A stretch of DNA of 64,000 nucleotides from an uncultured Acidobacteriaceae bacterium (GTDB taxonomy: Bacteria > Acidobacteriota > Terriglobia > Terriglobales > Acidobacteriaceae). This document shows positions 62,947 through 64,000 of the stretch, in pieces (position 1 is the stretch's first letter; every line of letters starts with the position of its first letter). The notes below the pieces were generated by a model. The model searched no databases, was not told the origin of the DNA, and saw only the letters and a program-made list of their open reading frames with translations. The translations under genes and the position numbers were made by a program. The stretch lies in NCBI GenBank assembly GCA_963845405.1, contig CAWJRY010000016.1, forward strand, positions 149,112 through 213,111. The letters are read 5' to 3'.

Positions 62947-63885
62947 ATGAATGATGTGCAGGAGATGCGCTCGGGCGCGACGTCAACCCCCGCAGAGAGC
63001 GTCAGTTCTCAAACCGGCTCTCCCATTGAAGAATGCTGGATGGACTTCGACGGCGCCCGCATGCGCTACCTGCGCGCGGGCTCGGGACCTCCTCTGATCT
63101 TGTTGCACGGTCTGATGGGCTATTCGTTCTCCTGGCGATATGCCATGCCGGCGCTGGCCCCGTATGCAACGGTTTACGCGCCTGACATGCTGGGCGCCGG
63201 ATTTTCCGACCGGCCGCGCGATCTGGATCATTCCTTGCGGGCGACGGCGCGTCGCGTCCTGCGCTTTGCCGACAACCTGGGGCTGGGGGCGTTCGACTTG
63301 CTGGGTACGTCGCGGGGCGGGGCGGTAGCGATGGCGGCTGCCGCGGAATCGATCCTCAATACGCGTGGCGGCGCGCCACGCGTGCGGCGCCTGGTACTGG
63401 TGGCTCCGGCGAATCCGTATTCACGGCATGGACGCTGGCTGGCGCCCTTTCTCGGCAGCCGTTTCGGATCTGCACTGTTTCGTTCGGCGGTCGGCGGCAT
63501 GATGTTTTCTTTTTCGTACCTTTTTTCAAGAATGTACGGAAACCGCAACCGGATTCCCCCGGGAACCGTGGAAGGTTATAAAGCGCCGCTGGCCATTCCC
63601 GGATTGTTCGAACACGCTCTTAGCATCGTCCGGACGTGGACGCCCGATATGCTCGAGGTGGAATCATTGCTGCCGCGGCTGGCCGCGATTCCCACGCTGC
63701 TGATGTGGGGCGGCAAAGATCCGGCTGTCTATGTTTCGTCGATGGAGCCGCTGGCGCGGCACTTCAAGAATGTCCAGACCGTGGTTTTTCCGGGCGTTGG
63801 CCACCTGCCCTACGAAGAGTGTGCGCCGGAGTTCAACCAGGCGTTGATCGAGTTTCTGAGCGCTGGGCCCGGCCCGAACGCATGA
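62947..63885 (+). CDS. Alpha/beta-fold hydrolase
   Basis: PLILLHGLMGYS..., a G-x-S-x-G-like GTSRGG and a C-terminal GHLPYEE. Confidence 0.85.
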   Translation: MNDVQEMRSGATSTPAESVSSQTGSPIEECWMDFDGARMRYLRAGSGPPLILLHGLMGYSFSWRYAMPALAPYATVYAPDMLGAGFSDRPRDLDHSLRATARRVLRFADNLGLGAFDLLGTSRGGAVAMAAAAESILNTRGGAPRVRRLVLVAPANPYSRHGRWLAPFLGSRFGSALFRSAVGGMMFSFSYLFSRMYGNRNRIPPGTVEGYKAPLAIPGLFEHALSIVRTWTPDMLEVESLLPRLAAIPTLLMWGGKDPAVYVSSMEPLARHFKNVQTVVFPGVGHLPYEECAPEFNQALIEFLSAGPGPNA

Positions 63886-64000
63886 CCCACTCCATTTTTG
63901 AACTACTGCGGAGCGCGGTGGTGCACTACGGATATTGGGCTGTGGCCGGTATCCTGTTGCTGGAGAATGCCGGCGTGCCCGCTCCGGGAGAGACCGTTCT
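63882..64000 (+). CDS. DedA-family membrane protein (N-terminal fragment, runs off the window)
   Basis: My own translation gives MTHSIFELLRSAVVHYGYWAVAGILLLENAGVPAPGETV... The ATG overlaps the previous stop (ATGA). Confidence 0.7.
   Translation, partial: MTHSIFELLRSAVVHYGYWAVAGILLLENAGVPAPGETV

Overview
GC-rich bacterial chromosome segment. I infer an Acidobacteriota-like organism from the gene content: an ADOP-type permease, GloVer-repeat exoproteins, a DUF1800/DUF1501 pair, carboxypeptidase-regulatory-like proteins and dense REP-like hairpins. No database search was possible. I found no rRNA, tRNA, CRISPR, transposase, integrase or phage genes, and no recognisable defence system beyond two type II TA pairs (vapBC, parE-like).

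Coding content is mostly housekeeping and envelope functions:
- An XRE-NfeD-flotillin-PspA membrane-stress locus at 2.5-6.6 kb.
- A long plus-strand operon, lpxD / MobB-like / lnt / prfB (with its +1 frameshift) / HD-type alarmone hydrolase / helical-repeat protein / CoA-binding protein.
- rarA, mqnA, dprA, topA, bioY, an MqnD-like gene and mqnC (futalosine-pathway genes dispersed across the window).
- HD-GYP, DUF1800/DUF1501, an orphan nuoB with a Rieske protein, AKR, PhzF, a PP2C phosphatase and a methyltransferase.
- Two GloVer exoproteins, a hydrolase with a tripled N-terminal domain, ThuA, an Asp-less LuxR regulator, LpxL-like, PLC-like, a lone type IV pilin, a beta-lactamase-like hydrolase, an ion channel and argD.

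The most unusual signal is non-coding. A family of 7-nt-periodic arrays (AGCTNNN / GCCAANN and their complements) sits exactly at gene boundaries.
- Four arrays place a stop codon in all three frames, and three of them supply the gene's real stop.
- Two arrays form long inverted hairpins that share a loop 9-mer. One of these contains a perfect (GCCAAAA)x9 abutting a start codon.
- One inverted pair brackets a frameshifted Avd/IVS-type four-helix-bundle gene inserted between dprA and topA.

Coordinates taken from the ORF track are exact. Coordinates I derived by eye may be off by 1-2 nt.
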